The notes beneath the pieces were generated by a model. It searched no databases. It was not told the origin of the DNA and worked only from the letters and a program-made list of their open reading frames with translations. The translations under genes and the position numbers were made by a program. From an uncultured Chloroflexia bacterium (GTDB lineage: Bacteria > Chloroflexota > Anaerolineae > Anaerolineales > UBA4823): a stretch of 64,000 nt of DNA. Below are positions 8,232-17,110 of this stretch, in pieces. Position 1 is the stretch's first letter, and every line of letters begins with the position of its first letter. The stretch is taken from positions 572,981 through 636,980 of the forward strand of contig CAVVUF010000004.1 in NCBI GenBank assembly GCA_963751425.1, given 5' to 3'.

Positions 8232-9840
8232 TCAAAGACCCCTGGCAGCCATACGGGCAGGCAGCAATAGCAAGATCGCCCTTGACCAGCTCACCCTGGT
8301 AATTAGCCCCGTTTCCTCTCACCCGGTAGCCGCTCAAGACAAAAGGAGCCAGCCACTCTGCATCCAGCCACTCTCCGTTATACTTGCGTGCCAGGTGAAC
8401 ATGCGTCCCCGTTGAGCTGCCACCCTCACAGGATGGATGCCCGAGGGGGTCGTTCACCTTCACGTACGCACCCGGTTGAATAAGACCTTCATCCGCCAGG
8501 TGTAAATACACCAGCACCCAGCCGGTCTGCTCCAGCCCATCTCCATCCAGGTCCAAGGCTACTGCATTATTTTCAGCGCGTACCACTAACCCGGCTGCCG
8601 AAGCTGTCACCCACTGCTTTGATACTTCACAGCGTCCTTCGTTGTTCGCCGGCGCAAAGTCCAGGGCGCCGCGCGGGGTACCAAAATTCCAGGCCCAATG
8701 CGGCCCACTGGTGAAGCTCCAATATTCTCCGGGCGGAAAAGGCAGCTCCAAAACTGGTTGGGCCAGGTCATAAGGGATCAATGGTTCCACAGCCGCCCTG
8801 GCCCAAGGGTCACCGAACATGTCTTGATATAAGTTCATAAACCCATTGAGCCCCGTCAGCTTCTGCCACCAGGTGCCCTGGTTATAAAACATCGCAAAAA
8901 AGTTGTGCAAGCCTGCCGTGGCTGCATTCATAAACGGGTGCAGGCGCAGTGCTGATCCATTTGCAAACTTGATCAGAACATAATTTCCTTGTTTATAACC
9001 ATAATAAGCCAGGTTGAGCTGAGTTCCGGCAATCCTCAGCTCATCATACAACCCGACCTGCCCAGTCGCCATGAACCCAATAGGATAATCCACCTGGTCT
9101 GGATCCTTCGGCTGCCCGTACACCCAACCTGAGCGTTCCTCCAGAACTGCGAGCAGAAGCTTGGGATTCACGGAAAGCTCATTTGCCACGCGCTGGACAA
9201 TTCCGGCTCCACTGAGGATCTGACCATCGACATCCTCATGGTAAGTGCTCAGGTATCCGCCTGCCTGATTCACAAAAGCTTCTACGTCAAATCCAACCGC
9301 AGAAGGGGAATAAACAAGCTCGCTGTCAGGCAGCAGTGAATCTGGCGGCGTGGTGGCGCCGGTAATTTTTGGTACGACGAGTTGCAGGCCCCCTGGGAGA
9401 TAAGCCTCGGCTGAGTATGGCTGCTGGTAAGTCAGATCCTCCAACCGGAGCTCAAACCGGTCTGCCAGGCGCTGCAGAGTCTCTCCAGGTCGGGTTACAT
9501 AAACGACAAATCCGGCTGGCGGTACCAGGGTAATTGCTGGGATTGTAGGAAAAGGCGTGGGAGAGGCGGCTTCAACCTGCGGAACAAGTGTTACCTGCGG
9601 AGCAGGTGTTGTAGATAAGGCTTCTTCAGGATTTTGTAAAATCGGAACGGACGAAAGCGTCTGGGTGGCAGCCTCGGTGGGCATAACAACCGCCTGGATC
9701 GGCGTTGTCATGGCTTGCATGGTTTCTAACAGCTCGCTTGCTTGGGCAGGTTGGTCAGGAGGAGTTGTGCTGCGGCAAGCCATTATCGCCACGCAAACAG
9801 CAACAATGATCCCGCCCAGGTGGCTCGCGGGCTTGGTCAT
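8221..9840 (-). CDS. LysM domain-containing M23 family metallopeptidase
   Basis: N-terminal signal/TM segment. LysM-like YVTRPGETLQRLADRFELRLEDL. C-terminal M23 motif GTHVHLARKYNGEW. Confidence 0.8.
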   Translation of the reverse strand: MTKPASHLGGIIVAVCVAIMACRSTTPPDQPAQASELLETMQAMTTPIQAVVMPTEAATQTLSSVPILQNPEEALSTTPAPQVTLVPQVEAASPTPFPTIPAITLVPPAGFVVYVTRPGETLQRLADRFELRLEDLTYQQPYSAEAYLPGGLQLVVPKITGATTPPDSLLPDSELVYSPSAVGFDVEAFVNQAGGYLSTYHEDVDGQILSGAGIVQRVANELSVNPKLLLAVLEERSGWVYGQPKDPDQVDYPIGFMATGQVGLYDELRIAGTQLNLAYYGYKQGNYVLIKFANGSALRLHPFMNAATAGLHNFFAMFYNQGTWWQKLTGLNGFMNLYQDMFGDPWARAAVEPLIPYDLAQPVLELPFPPGEYWSFTSGPHWAWNFGTPRGALDFAPANNEGRCEVSKQWVTASAAGLVVRAENNAVALDLDGDGLEQTGWVLVYLHLADEGLIQPGAYVKVNDPLGHPSCEGGSSTGTHVHLARKYNGEWLDAEWLAPFVLSGYRVRGNGANYQGELVKGDLAIAACPYGCQGSLIRR

Positions 9841-11324
9841 ACCCCTGTCCTGCCGGTCAGCTTTCGAAAACTATCCTTTAACTGATCATAAAGGGTGGTA
9901 AAAACCTGGTAATGGGAGGCATAAACCCCACTCGCATCAAGGTTGGGGAAGGTATCCACGGTCGGCTCCAACCAGGCGTTCAAGCCAGCAAATCCAGCTT
10001 GATCACCCACTGCCAGTGCAGCCAGGAATGCGCCTCCCAGTGCTGTTCCTCCGCTGTTTGGCCGCCAGCGGATCGGAACCTCTAGCACATCAGCAAAAAT
10101 TTGCCGCCACAGCGGGCTGCGTGCCCCACCGTTGATCGCGATAATTTCCTGGATCGGACTTCCCATCTCGGAAAAAATCCCTGCCATCTGCCTGAACGCT
10201 AAAGCCACCCCTTCCAACACAGCCCGGTAGAGATGCCCCCGCCGGTGCCGTGAAGACAACCCGATAAAGACTCCCCTGGCGTGTGGATCCCAGATGGGGG
10301 TCCGCTCACCCATCAAGTAAGGAAGAAAGATTAAGCCCTCCGATCCTGCAGAGACCTGGGCAGCTTCCTTCTCCAGAGTAACTAAAAACTCAGGACTCTC
10401 GTCACCGAGCATTTCTACAAACCAGCGCACAGACCCTCCAGCCATCACTCCCCCCAGGCTCAACCTTTCACCAGTCACATGCACGGTATTAAACACGCGC
10501 ACGTCGCTGCGCTCGGGTGCTGGAACTAATAAATTCCCCGCAGTTCCCAACATCACGGCTCCTACGTTTTTTTTCATCACCCCTGCCCCAAGGCAGGCAC
10601 AGGCATAATCGCCCCCACCGCAAACCACCGCGGTTCCCACCGGGAGATGGGTGGCTTCCGCAGCCTGGGCGGTTACCTTCCCGACCACTTGCCATGCGTC
10701 CTGGATCAGAGGCAGCTTTTCCATATCCAGATCCATTACCGTGCAAGCTTCCTCATCCCACTCTCGCCGATACAGGTTGTATACCGGGCTGCACAAACCT
10801 GCCTGGCTGTGGTCAACCACGGCCTCCCCCGTTAGCTGCAAGATCACATAGCTGGTCGCCTGGAGGATCTTCCAGGTTTGCCGATAACCCTCTGCCTCAT
10901 TCTGGCGGAACCACAACCACTTCACACCCCCATAGTAGCTGTCCAAAATATTTCCGCTGATCTCTTCAGCCTTCTTCTGACCCATCCGCTCAGCCAGCCA
11001 ATCCGCCTGCGGCGCAGCGCGGCGGTCGAGCCATAAGATTGCCGGGCGAAGCGGATTTCCCTTTCGATCGACCGGCACGCAGGAAGGTGCCTGCCCACTG
11101 ACACAAACTGCTGACACCTTACCATCTGGAGAAAACGTCACCACCTCCCGGCAAATCCTTTGAACAGCCTCCCACCAATCTAAAGGGTCTTGCTCAGCCC
11201 AACCTGCTTTAGGATATACAGCCTCATATGCCGCGCTGCTGGAGCTGAGCCGCGTCCCGTCCTCCTGATATAATTCCGCCTTTGCAGACGATGTGCCGAT
11301 ATCAAGCACAAGATAGGTGTGCAC
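9837..11324 (-). CDS. FGGY-family carbohydrate kinase (xylulokinase/glycerol-kinase-like)
   Basis: 495 aa. LVLDIGTSSAKA phosphate-1 motif and C-terminal INGGARSPLWRQIFADVL. GTG start. 4-nt overlap with the downstream gene. Confidence 0.9.
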   Translation of the reverse strand: MHTYLVLDIGTSSAKAELYQEDGTRLSSSSAAYEAVYPKAGWAEQDPLDWWEAVQRICREVVTFSPDGKVSAVCVSGQAPSCVPVDRKGNPLRPAILWLDRRAAPQADWLAERMGQKKAEEISGNILDSYYGGVKWLWFRQNEAEGYRQTWKILQATSYVILQLTGEAVVDHSQAGLCSPVYNLYRREWDEEACTVMDLDMEKLPLIQDAWQVVGKVTAQAAEATHLPVGTAVVCGGGDYACACLGAGVMKKNVGAVMLGTAGNLLVPAPERSDVRVFNTVHVTGERLSLGGVMAGGSVRWFVEMLGDESPEFLVTLEKEAAQVSAGSEGLIFLPYLMGERTPIWDPHARGVFIGLSSRHRRGHLYRAVLEGVALAFRQMAGIFSEMGSPIQEIIAINGGARSPLWRQIFADVLEVPIRWRPNSGGTALGGAFLAALAVGDQAGFAGLNAWLEPTVDTFPNLDASGVYASHYQVFTTLYDQLKDSFRKLTGRTGV

Positions 11325-11333
11325 TACGTTAAC

Positions 11334-12398
11334 TCATTCCCCCAGCCTGTTGCTTGAGAAAAACATCTCCCATGGAATCTCTACCTTTTCGCCTTCATGA
11401 ATGATCCGATATAGATGCTCCATTAAGGGAAACCCTCCCGCTCGGATCACGCCTCTTGCCTCCAATTTCGGCAGCGCTCTTCCGATGCGTGTGATAATCT
11501 CCACACTTTCCAGGGTTTCCCCCGCCATCATCTCGCGTGCCTCGGGATAGGGGTATTCCATCCCCAATAAGCGTCCCATTCGCACCGTACGCCCGCCAAA
11601 GACCGTTACATATAGGTCCCCTGCCCCTGGCAGCCAGGCGATATTGTCAATACCTCCGCCTAAAAGCTCTAAGAAACGCCGCATCTCCAGGCAGCTCTGC
11701 GCAAATAAAGCCGCCTGTGGATTATACATATGAGCCAACCCATCCACCCCGGCCTTTTCACCCATGCCAACCGCCAGACCTACCCCCAAGGCATAAGCAT
11801 TTTTCAATGCTGCACATACCTCTACCCCAACCATATCTGACGAAGTCCAAATATGATAATAATCTGTACGGAAAGTCTCTCGCAGGCGGTCGAGCACATT
11901 TTCATCTCGCCCGCAAAAAACGACCCCGGTCTGCCTGCGAGCAGCCAGCTCGTGAGCAATGCATGGCCCGCCGATTGCATTTAAGCTGATTCTGCCTCTT
12001 AAATGAGAAGGGATTTGTGCGTCAATGAACTCCGGTAGAATCTGAAAATTTCCATTCTCATCATCTACCAGGCCCTTGGTCACCGCGATCACAGGAACTT
12101 CAGGCTTCAAAAAGGGCCCAACCGTCTCAATGAACCACTGCACCCCAAAGCTGCTCACTCCTGAGGCCAGAAACTCAGCTTCCTCCAGGGCCTCCTGCAT
12201 TTGGGTATGCTCGAACAGTTGAACTTGCTCAGGAATCTTCCGGCTCAAGCGAGGGTGCAGACCGGTATTGCGCATACTGGCAACCGGCTCATTATCCAGC
12301 AGTGTACCCACCAATCTGACAGAATGTCCATTATCCACCAGGGGCCAGCATAGGGCTGTCCCCATCATTCCAGCCCCAATAATTGTAATGACAGACAT
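11334..12398 (-). CDS. NAD(P)H-dependent glycerol-3-phosphate dehydrogenase (GpsA family)-like
   Basis: 354 aa. IIGAGMMGTALCWPL Rossmann motif, VTKGL and AALKNAYALGVGLAVGMG, matching GpsA-family patterns. Confidence 0.75.
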   Translation of the reverse strand: MSVITIIGAGMMGTALCWPLVDNGHSVRLVGTLLDNEPVASMRNTGLHPRLSRKIPEQVQLFEHTQMQEALEEAEFLASGVSSFGVQWFIETVGPFLKPEVPVIAVTKGLVDDENGNFQILPEFIDAQIPSHLRGRISLNAIGGPCIAHELAARRQTGVVFCGRDENVLDRLRETFRTDYYHIWTSSDMVGVEVCAALKNAYALGVGLAVGMGEKAGVDGLAHMYNPQAALFAQSCLEMRRFLELLGGGIDNIAWLPGAGDLYVTVFGGRTVRMGRLLGMEYPYPEAREMMAGETLESVEIITRIGRALPKLEARGVIRAGGFPLMEHLYRIIHEGEKVEIPWEMFFSSNRLGE

Positions 12399-12521
12399 AT
12401 TCCAGGCGGCCTCCTTAGGAAATTATACCCCCTTGACACACCTCCCTGGCGGACAAAAACAATTCTCGTTAACATCTCAAGCATCGAAAAGCACTTATGC
12501 TATACTTACCGCGAGACCGCC

Positions 12522-15500
12522 ATGTCTACCCTCGTAACGCGTACGAAAATCATCTTACCGCAGCGCAGAAAGGAGCTGCTGACTCGACCGCGCCTGGTCC
12601 GGCAGCTTTATGATCTTTTGGATTACAAGCTGATCCTTGTGATTGCGCCGGCGGGGTATGGCAAGACCTCTTTACTGCTCGACTTTGCCCACCAGGTTGA
12701 GCTTCCCGTATGCTGGTATTCGATCGACAGCCTGGACCAAGATTTTCTACGTTTTCTTGAACACTTTATCGCCTCCGTCAGGCTGCACTTCCCAGAATTT
12801 GGGCAAGAATCCCTGACTGCCATCGAAACCACCAGCCAACCGCTCGACATCGACCGGTTAGTATCTACGTTGGTCAACGATGCCTATGAACACATCAAGG
12901 AACATTTCCTGCTCGTTCTGGACGATTACCACCTGGTAGATGGGCAAAAAGAAATCCAGACTTTTATTAACCGCTTCATCGTTGAGGTTGCAGAGAACTG
13001 CCACCTGGTGCTAGCTTCGCGCCTGCTGCTCTCTCTACCCGACATGCCTCTTTTTGTGGCGCGCTCCCAGGTGGGAGGCATTGGATACGAAGACCTGGCC
13101 TTTAAAGCTTCTGAAATTCAAACCTTGATATTTCAAAATTACAAAGTGTCCATGTCAGCGGAGACAGCCTCCCAACTGGTTCAAGAGTCAGAAGGTTGGA
13201 TCACAGGCTTGCTCCTGACTTCTCAATCAGCCTGGAAAGGGATGGCAGCCCATCTCCAGGCGGCGCGTATCTCAGATGTCGGGCTGTATGATTACCTCGC
13301 TCACCAGGTTTTGAATCAACAGCCTCCTGAATTAAGGGGTTTTCTGCTGCGCACATCTTTTCTTGAAGAATTTGATGCTTCTTTATGCCAGGCTGTTTTC
13401 GGAGATGGGGAAGATTGGTCTGGCTTTCTCCGTGAAGCGTTACATAATAATTTGTTTATTTTACCAATCGACGAAGAAGGAAAATGGATCCGGTATCATA
13501 ACCTGTTTCGCGACTTTCTCCAAGCCACCTTCGAAAGAGAATATCCGCAAGAAGTTGAAGGCTTAAAGCGCGCGATTGCTGCCGGGTATAAGCAGCAAAA
13601 GAATTGGGAAAAAGCTTTTGCTGTTTACCTGGCATTGGGAGAAATGCAATCTGCCGCTTCTGTTATTGAAAAGGCTGGCCCGGACCTGATCACAGGTATG
13701 CGCGTTGGAACGCTGCTTTCTTGGATCGAAAACATCCCAGTAGAGCTCGTTGATGCGCTCCCAACCATCGTTGCCATCAAAGGATCTGCATTGGTTAACT
13801 ATGGGCAAGTTGAACAAAGCCTGCCCTTCCTGGACCGGGCCGAGTTTGCTTTTCGCCTCTCCAATGACCAGCAAAACCTGGCTAATGTGCTCTCACACCG
13901 GGCAACTGCCTATCGTCTCCTGGGGAAATATCAGGCCTCCCTGAGCGACAGCCGTGAAGCTCTCCAGCTCGTCAATGGGAATCTATCTCTAAACGCTATC
14001 AAGGCTGAAGCCAATCGAGCCATGGGCATGTGCCTCTACCACCTGGGTCAGCTCGATGAGGCCATTCCCTGTTGGCAGACATCTCTGGAAAGCTATCAAG
14101 ATATAGATGACCAACAGAGTGCTGCCCTTGTACATATGGAACTGGGCATGGGCTTGATGTCAGCCGGCAGCTATCGCCAGGCCATGGACCATTACGAGAA
14201 GGCCCTGGATTATTGGCGCTCTGCCAGGAATATCTCCCGCCTGCCTTACGTGTTGAATAACCTGGGGGTCCTATACCACCTGGCTGGGGAATACATTCAA
14301 GCCAACCGCCTTTTCGAGGATGCCCTTGCTTATGCCCGGCAGACTGGGATGACCAGGATCGAGGCCTATACTCTTTGCAGTATAGGCGATTTGTATGCCG
14401 AGCTAAATGAGGAAGCCGCTGCCCAAGATGCTTATCGCCAATCTCAATCAATTGCCCGCAAGGTGAATGATCGTTACCTGTTATTTTATGCTAACCTGGT
14501 TGAGGCTGCCCAGGCGCGGCGATTGGGAGAGCTCACCCGCTCCAACGCCCTTTTAAATGTGTGTCGTTTGATGGCTGGCGAAGATCAATCTGATTTTGAG
14601 ATGGGTCAATGGCACCTGGAAGCCGGATTGACCTGCTTAGCCGAAAAATCTATTCCAGATGCTGTTCACCATTTACAAACAGCCGTCCGTATTTTCTCCT
14701 CTGGTGGGCAGAGGATTGATGCTGCGCGCGCCTGTTTGCTCTTAGCGAATGCCTACTACCAGCTGCCAGATCGTCTCGCTGCCCAGGAGATTATCAAAGA
14801 TGCATTTTCTCGAGCATCTACGCTCGATAGCCAGCACATCCTGGTGACCTGTGGGCGGGAATCTAAAACGCTCCTCCGAGATAGGTTTGAAGATCTCAGC
14901 CTGCGAGAGCAAGCCGCAGCGCTTTTAAATCACATAATTCGCTTTGAGGAGCAGCTTCCCATCATCCGGCGGGATATTCGCCCTCATGCGCTCTCGGGCC
15001 TGTTTGCGCCTCCAAGAATATCGATCTACACCCTTGGGAAAATGAAAGTCGAGCTGGATGGAAAGCCGGTTTCCGTTCCCGAATGGACAAACCAAAAAAC
15101 CGCCCGGGAAATGTTTTTCTTCCTGCTGGCGCATCCCGCAGGAGCTACTCGGGAAGAGCTTGGGGAGATCCTGTGGCCTGGCACATTTCCCGAACAATTG
15201 CGTATCCAATTCAAAAATGTGCTTTACCGCCTTCGCTATACCTTTACCTCTGAGACAATCACCTTTGACAGAAACCGGTACGCTTTCAATCGAGCCATCG
15301 ATTATTTTTATGATGTCGAAGCCTTTAAAGAGAGACTTTGCAAAGCTGAGGCAGCCAACCAGCCTTCCCAGCGAATTAATCTTTTGCAGACCGCTCTAAA
15401 GTTATATGAAGGTCCTTACCTGCCTGAGGGTAGCGGTGCCTGGCTGATGCCAGAACGCCAAAGGCTGCGTAGAGATTACATCCAAGCCTGTATCTCCCTT

Positions 15501-15737
15501 GCTCAACTCCAATTCGATTCTGGTGATACAAATTCTGCCATTCTAACCATCGACAATGCTCTTATTGAAGATTCTTGTTCAGAAGAATCTCACCGGCTGG
15601 CAATGAGGATTTATGCCGCCCAAGGCAACCGGGCAGCTATCTTCCTTCAATTTGAAGCTTGCGCAAAAGCGCTTAAAGAAATTGGCGCAGAACCTTCCGA
15701 CCAAACCCTGGCGCTTTTCCAAACCTTGACTCAATAG
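12522..15737 (+). CDS. large STAND-type regulator: MalT-like ATPase, TPR repeats and a C-terminal winged-helix/BTAD (SARP-like) domain
   Basis: 1071 aa. Walker A APAGYGKTSLL and Walker B LVLDDYH are present, with a central TPR-like region. The C-terminus (ISIYTLGKMKVELDGKPV...TREELGEILWP...YRLRY...LKLYEGPYLPE...AMRIYAAQGNRAAIFLQFEAC) is typical of SARP/BTAD. Confidence 0.8.
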   Translation: MSTLVTRTKIILPQRRKELLTRPRLVRQLYDLLDYKLILVIAPAGYGKTSLLLDFAHQVELPVCWYSIDSLDQDFLRFLEHFIASVRLHFPEFGQESLTAIETTSQPLDIDRLVSTLVNDAYEHIKEHFLLVLDDYHLVDGQKEIQTFINRFIVEVAENCHLVLASRLLLSLPDMPLFVARSQVGGIGYEDLAFKASEIQTLIFQNYKVSMSAETASQLVQESEGWITGLLLTSQSAWKGMAAHLQAARISDVGLYDYLAHQVLNQQPPELRGFLLRTSFLEEFDASLCQAVFGDGEDWSGFLREALHNNLFILPIDEEGKWIRYHNLFRDFLQATFEREYPQEVEGLKRAIAAGYKQQKNWEKAFAVYLALGEMQSAASVIEKAGPDLITGMRVGTLLSWIENIPVELVDALPTIVAIKGSALVNYGQVEQSLPFLDRAEFAFRLSNDQQNLANVLSHRATAYRLLGKYQASLSDSREALQLVNGNLSLNAIKAEANRAMGMCLYHLGQLDEAIPCWQTSLESYQDIDDQQSAALVHMELGMGLMSAGSYRQAMDHYEKALDYWRSARNISRLPYVLNNLGVLYHLAGEYIQANRLFEDALAYARQTGMTRIEAYTLCSIGDLYAELNEEAAAQDAYRQSQSIARKVNDRYLLFYANLVEAAQARRLGELTRSNALLNVCRLMAGEDQSDFEMGQWHLEAGLTCLAEKSIPDAVHHLQTAVRIFSSGGQRIDAARACLLLANAYYQLPDRLAAQEIIKDAFSRASTLDSQHILVTCGRESKTLLRDRFEDLSLREQAAALLNHIIRFEEQLPIIRRDIRPHALSGLFAPPRISIYTLGKMKVELDGKPVSVPEWTNQKTAREMFFFLLAHPAGATREELGEILWPGTFPEQLRIQFKNVLYRLRYTFTSETITFDRNRYAFNRAIDYFYDVEAFKERLCKAEAANQPSQRINLLQTALKLYEGPYLPEGSGAWLMPERQRLRRDYIQACISLAQLQFDSGDTNSAILTIDNALIEDSCSEESHRLAMRIYAAQGNRAAIFLQFEACAKALKEIGAEPSDQTLALFQTLTQ

Positions 15738-15967
15738 AACACAATCACTCTGTTATCCTTGTCAAACATGACACACGCCGAAAATGATATTCGGGAGCTG
15801 TCATGCTTTTTAGGTTTATTCTGGAACAATTCAGGCAAGGAAATTGTAACCATCAGATGGGAGTTTATACCGCAAACTCTCATTTTATTTTAATCTTTAA
15901 GAGGCAGTTTAAGAGCCTCTCATATGAATAATATAAGAAATTATTTATTTTTTCGGAGGCTTCTTTC

Positions 15968-16111
15968 ATGAAAAACCAATTCAACCGCATCTCTCTGACC
16001 ATTACCAAAGTAGACCAGCGTCATGTTAAGTTAGCTCTGATCTTCATCAGCCTGGCACTGTTTGTCATCGGGGCAGGCGCTCCCGCTTGTGGTGGCGAAA
16101 TCGGCAGATAA
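15968..16111 (+). CDS. small single-TM protein (47 aa), absent from the ORF track
   Basis: ATG is preceded by GGAGG at an 8-nt spacing. Sequence MKNQFNRISLTITKVDQRHVKLALIFISLALFVIGAGAPACGGEIGR. The TAA stop lies 3 nt before the TTG start of the next gene. Confidence 0.45.
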   Translation: MKNQFNRISLTITKVDQRHVKLALIFISLALFVIGAGAPACGGEIGR

Positions 16112-16114
16112 CCC

Positions 16115-16708
16115 TTGATCCTGCTCTACGCAGTCCTGGTCGGTCTCCTGGCTGGCCTGCTGCGAGCCTGGGCTGGAAAACGCCCGTTACGGGTTCCGGA
16201 TCTGCGCCTGATCGGTTTAATCATTCTTGTTTTTCTACCGCAATTTTTCACCTTCTATTTTCCTCTAACGCGCAAATCTATACCCGATAAATGGGCCTCA
16301 ATAGCTCTGGCAGTTTCCCAGGTAGCTTTCTTAGTCTTTATCTGGGTAAACCGCAGGCAACCAGGGTTCTGGATGCTGGGGTTAGGATTGTTCCTCAACC
16401 TGTCCGTTATTTTACCCAACGGCGGTTGGATGCCAATCACCCCTCAAACTGCATCTCGAATTTATCCCGCCGCCCCGGTCTCATCCTGGAGAATTGGAGA
16501 GCGCCTTGGCTCAAGCAAAGATGTCGTTTTCAGACTTAGAGATATCCGGTTGGAATGGCTATCCGATCGATTCGTTCTACCTATCGGTCCCAAAATAGCT
16601 TTCAGCCTTGGTGATATTTTCCTTTCATTGGGCGCCTTCTGGTTCTGTTGGAGCTTAGGTAGTATTGAGAAAGCTCAGCGCCTGGATCGATCGCCTCCCC
16701 ATCCATGA
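16115..16708 (+). CDS. DUF5317-like polytopic membrane protein
   Basis: 197 aa with multiple TM helices. NGGWMP and SLGDIFLSLG motifs match what I recall for DUF5317. Confidence 0.65.
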   Translation: MILLYAVLVGLLAGLLRAWAGKRPLRVPDLRLIGLIILVFLPQFFTFYFPLTRKSIPDKWASIALAVSQVAFLVFIWVNRRQPGFWMLGLGLFLNLSVILPNGGWMPITPQTASRIYPAAPVSSWRIGERLGSSKDVVFRLRDIRLEWLSDRFVLPIGPKIAFSLGDIFLSLGAFWFCWSLGSIEKAQRLDRSPPHP

Positions 16709-16804
16709 TTTATCAGATCCCTCTCAGAAATTTTTCAGTCATCTGTGGTGTAAGTTTTCAGCTTTTATCCCAACAACCTAATCAGTATTTATTTGGAGGA
16801 AAAA

Positions 16805-17107
16805 ATGAAATTTTCGAACTCGTCTCATGAAACAAATGAACTCAGCCGTTTATTATGCGCAGCAGTGGTAAGTCCGCGGTTTCGCGATCAGCTGCTCAAA
16901 GATCCCGATGGTGCAATGCGTTCTGGTTACCAATCGGAGACTTTTCATCTATCACCTAAAGAGCGCTCCTGGGTTCTTTCGACCCAGGCTGTGGACCTGA
17001 CCGACTTTGCCTCTCAGCTGGTAGATTTCCAGACTCGCAGCCAATACAAACCCATCTCAATCGAAATGCCCAAGGAAGCTGTGCTCGGCTCAGCCTTGAT
17101 TCGATAA
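16805..17107 (+). CDS. small LigA-domain-like protein (unknown function)
   Basis: ATG 16805 follows GGAGG (16795-16799). LSRLLCAAVVSPRFRDQLLKDPDGAM...FHLSPKERSWVL resembles the LigA-subunit-like / NHLP-like helical fold. Ends 3 nt before the HD-GYP gene. Confidence 0.55.
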   Translation: MKFSNSSHETNELSRLLCAAVVSPRFRDQLLKDPDGAMRSGYQSETFHLSPKERSWVLSTQAVDLTDFASQLVDFQTRSQYKPISIEMPKEAVLGSALIR

Positions 17108-17110
17108 GGC

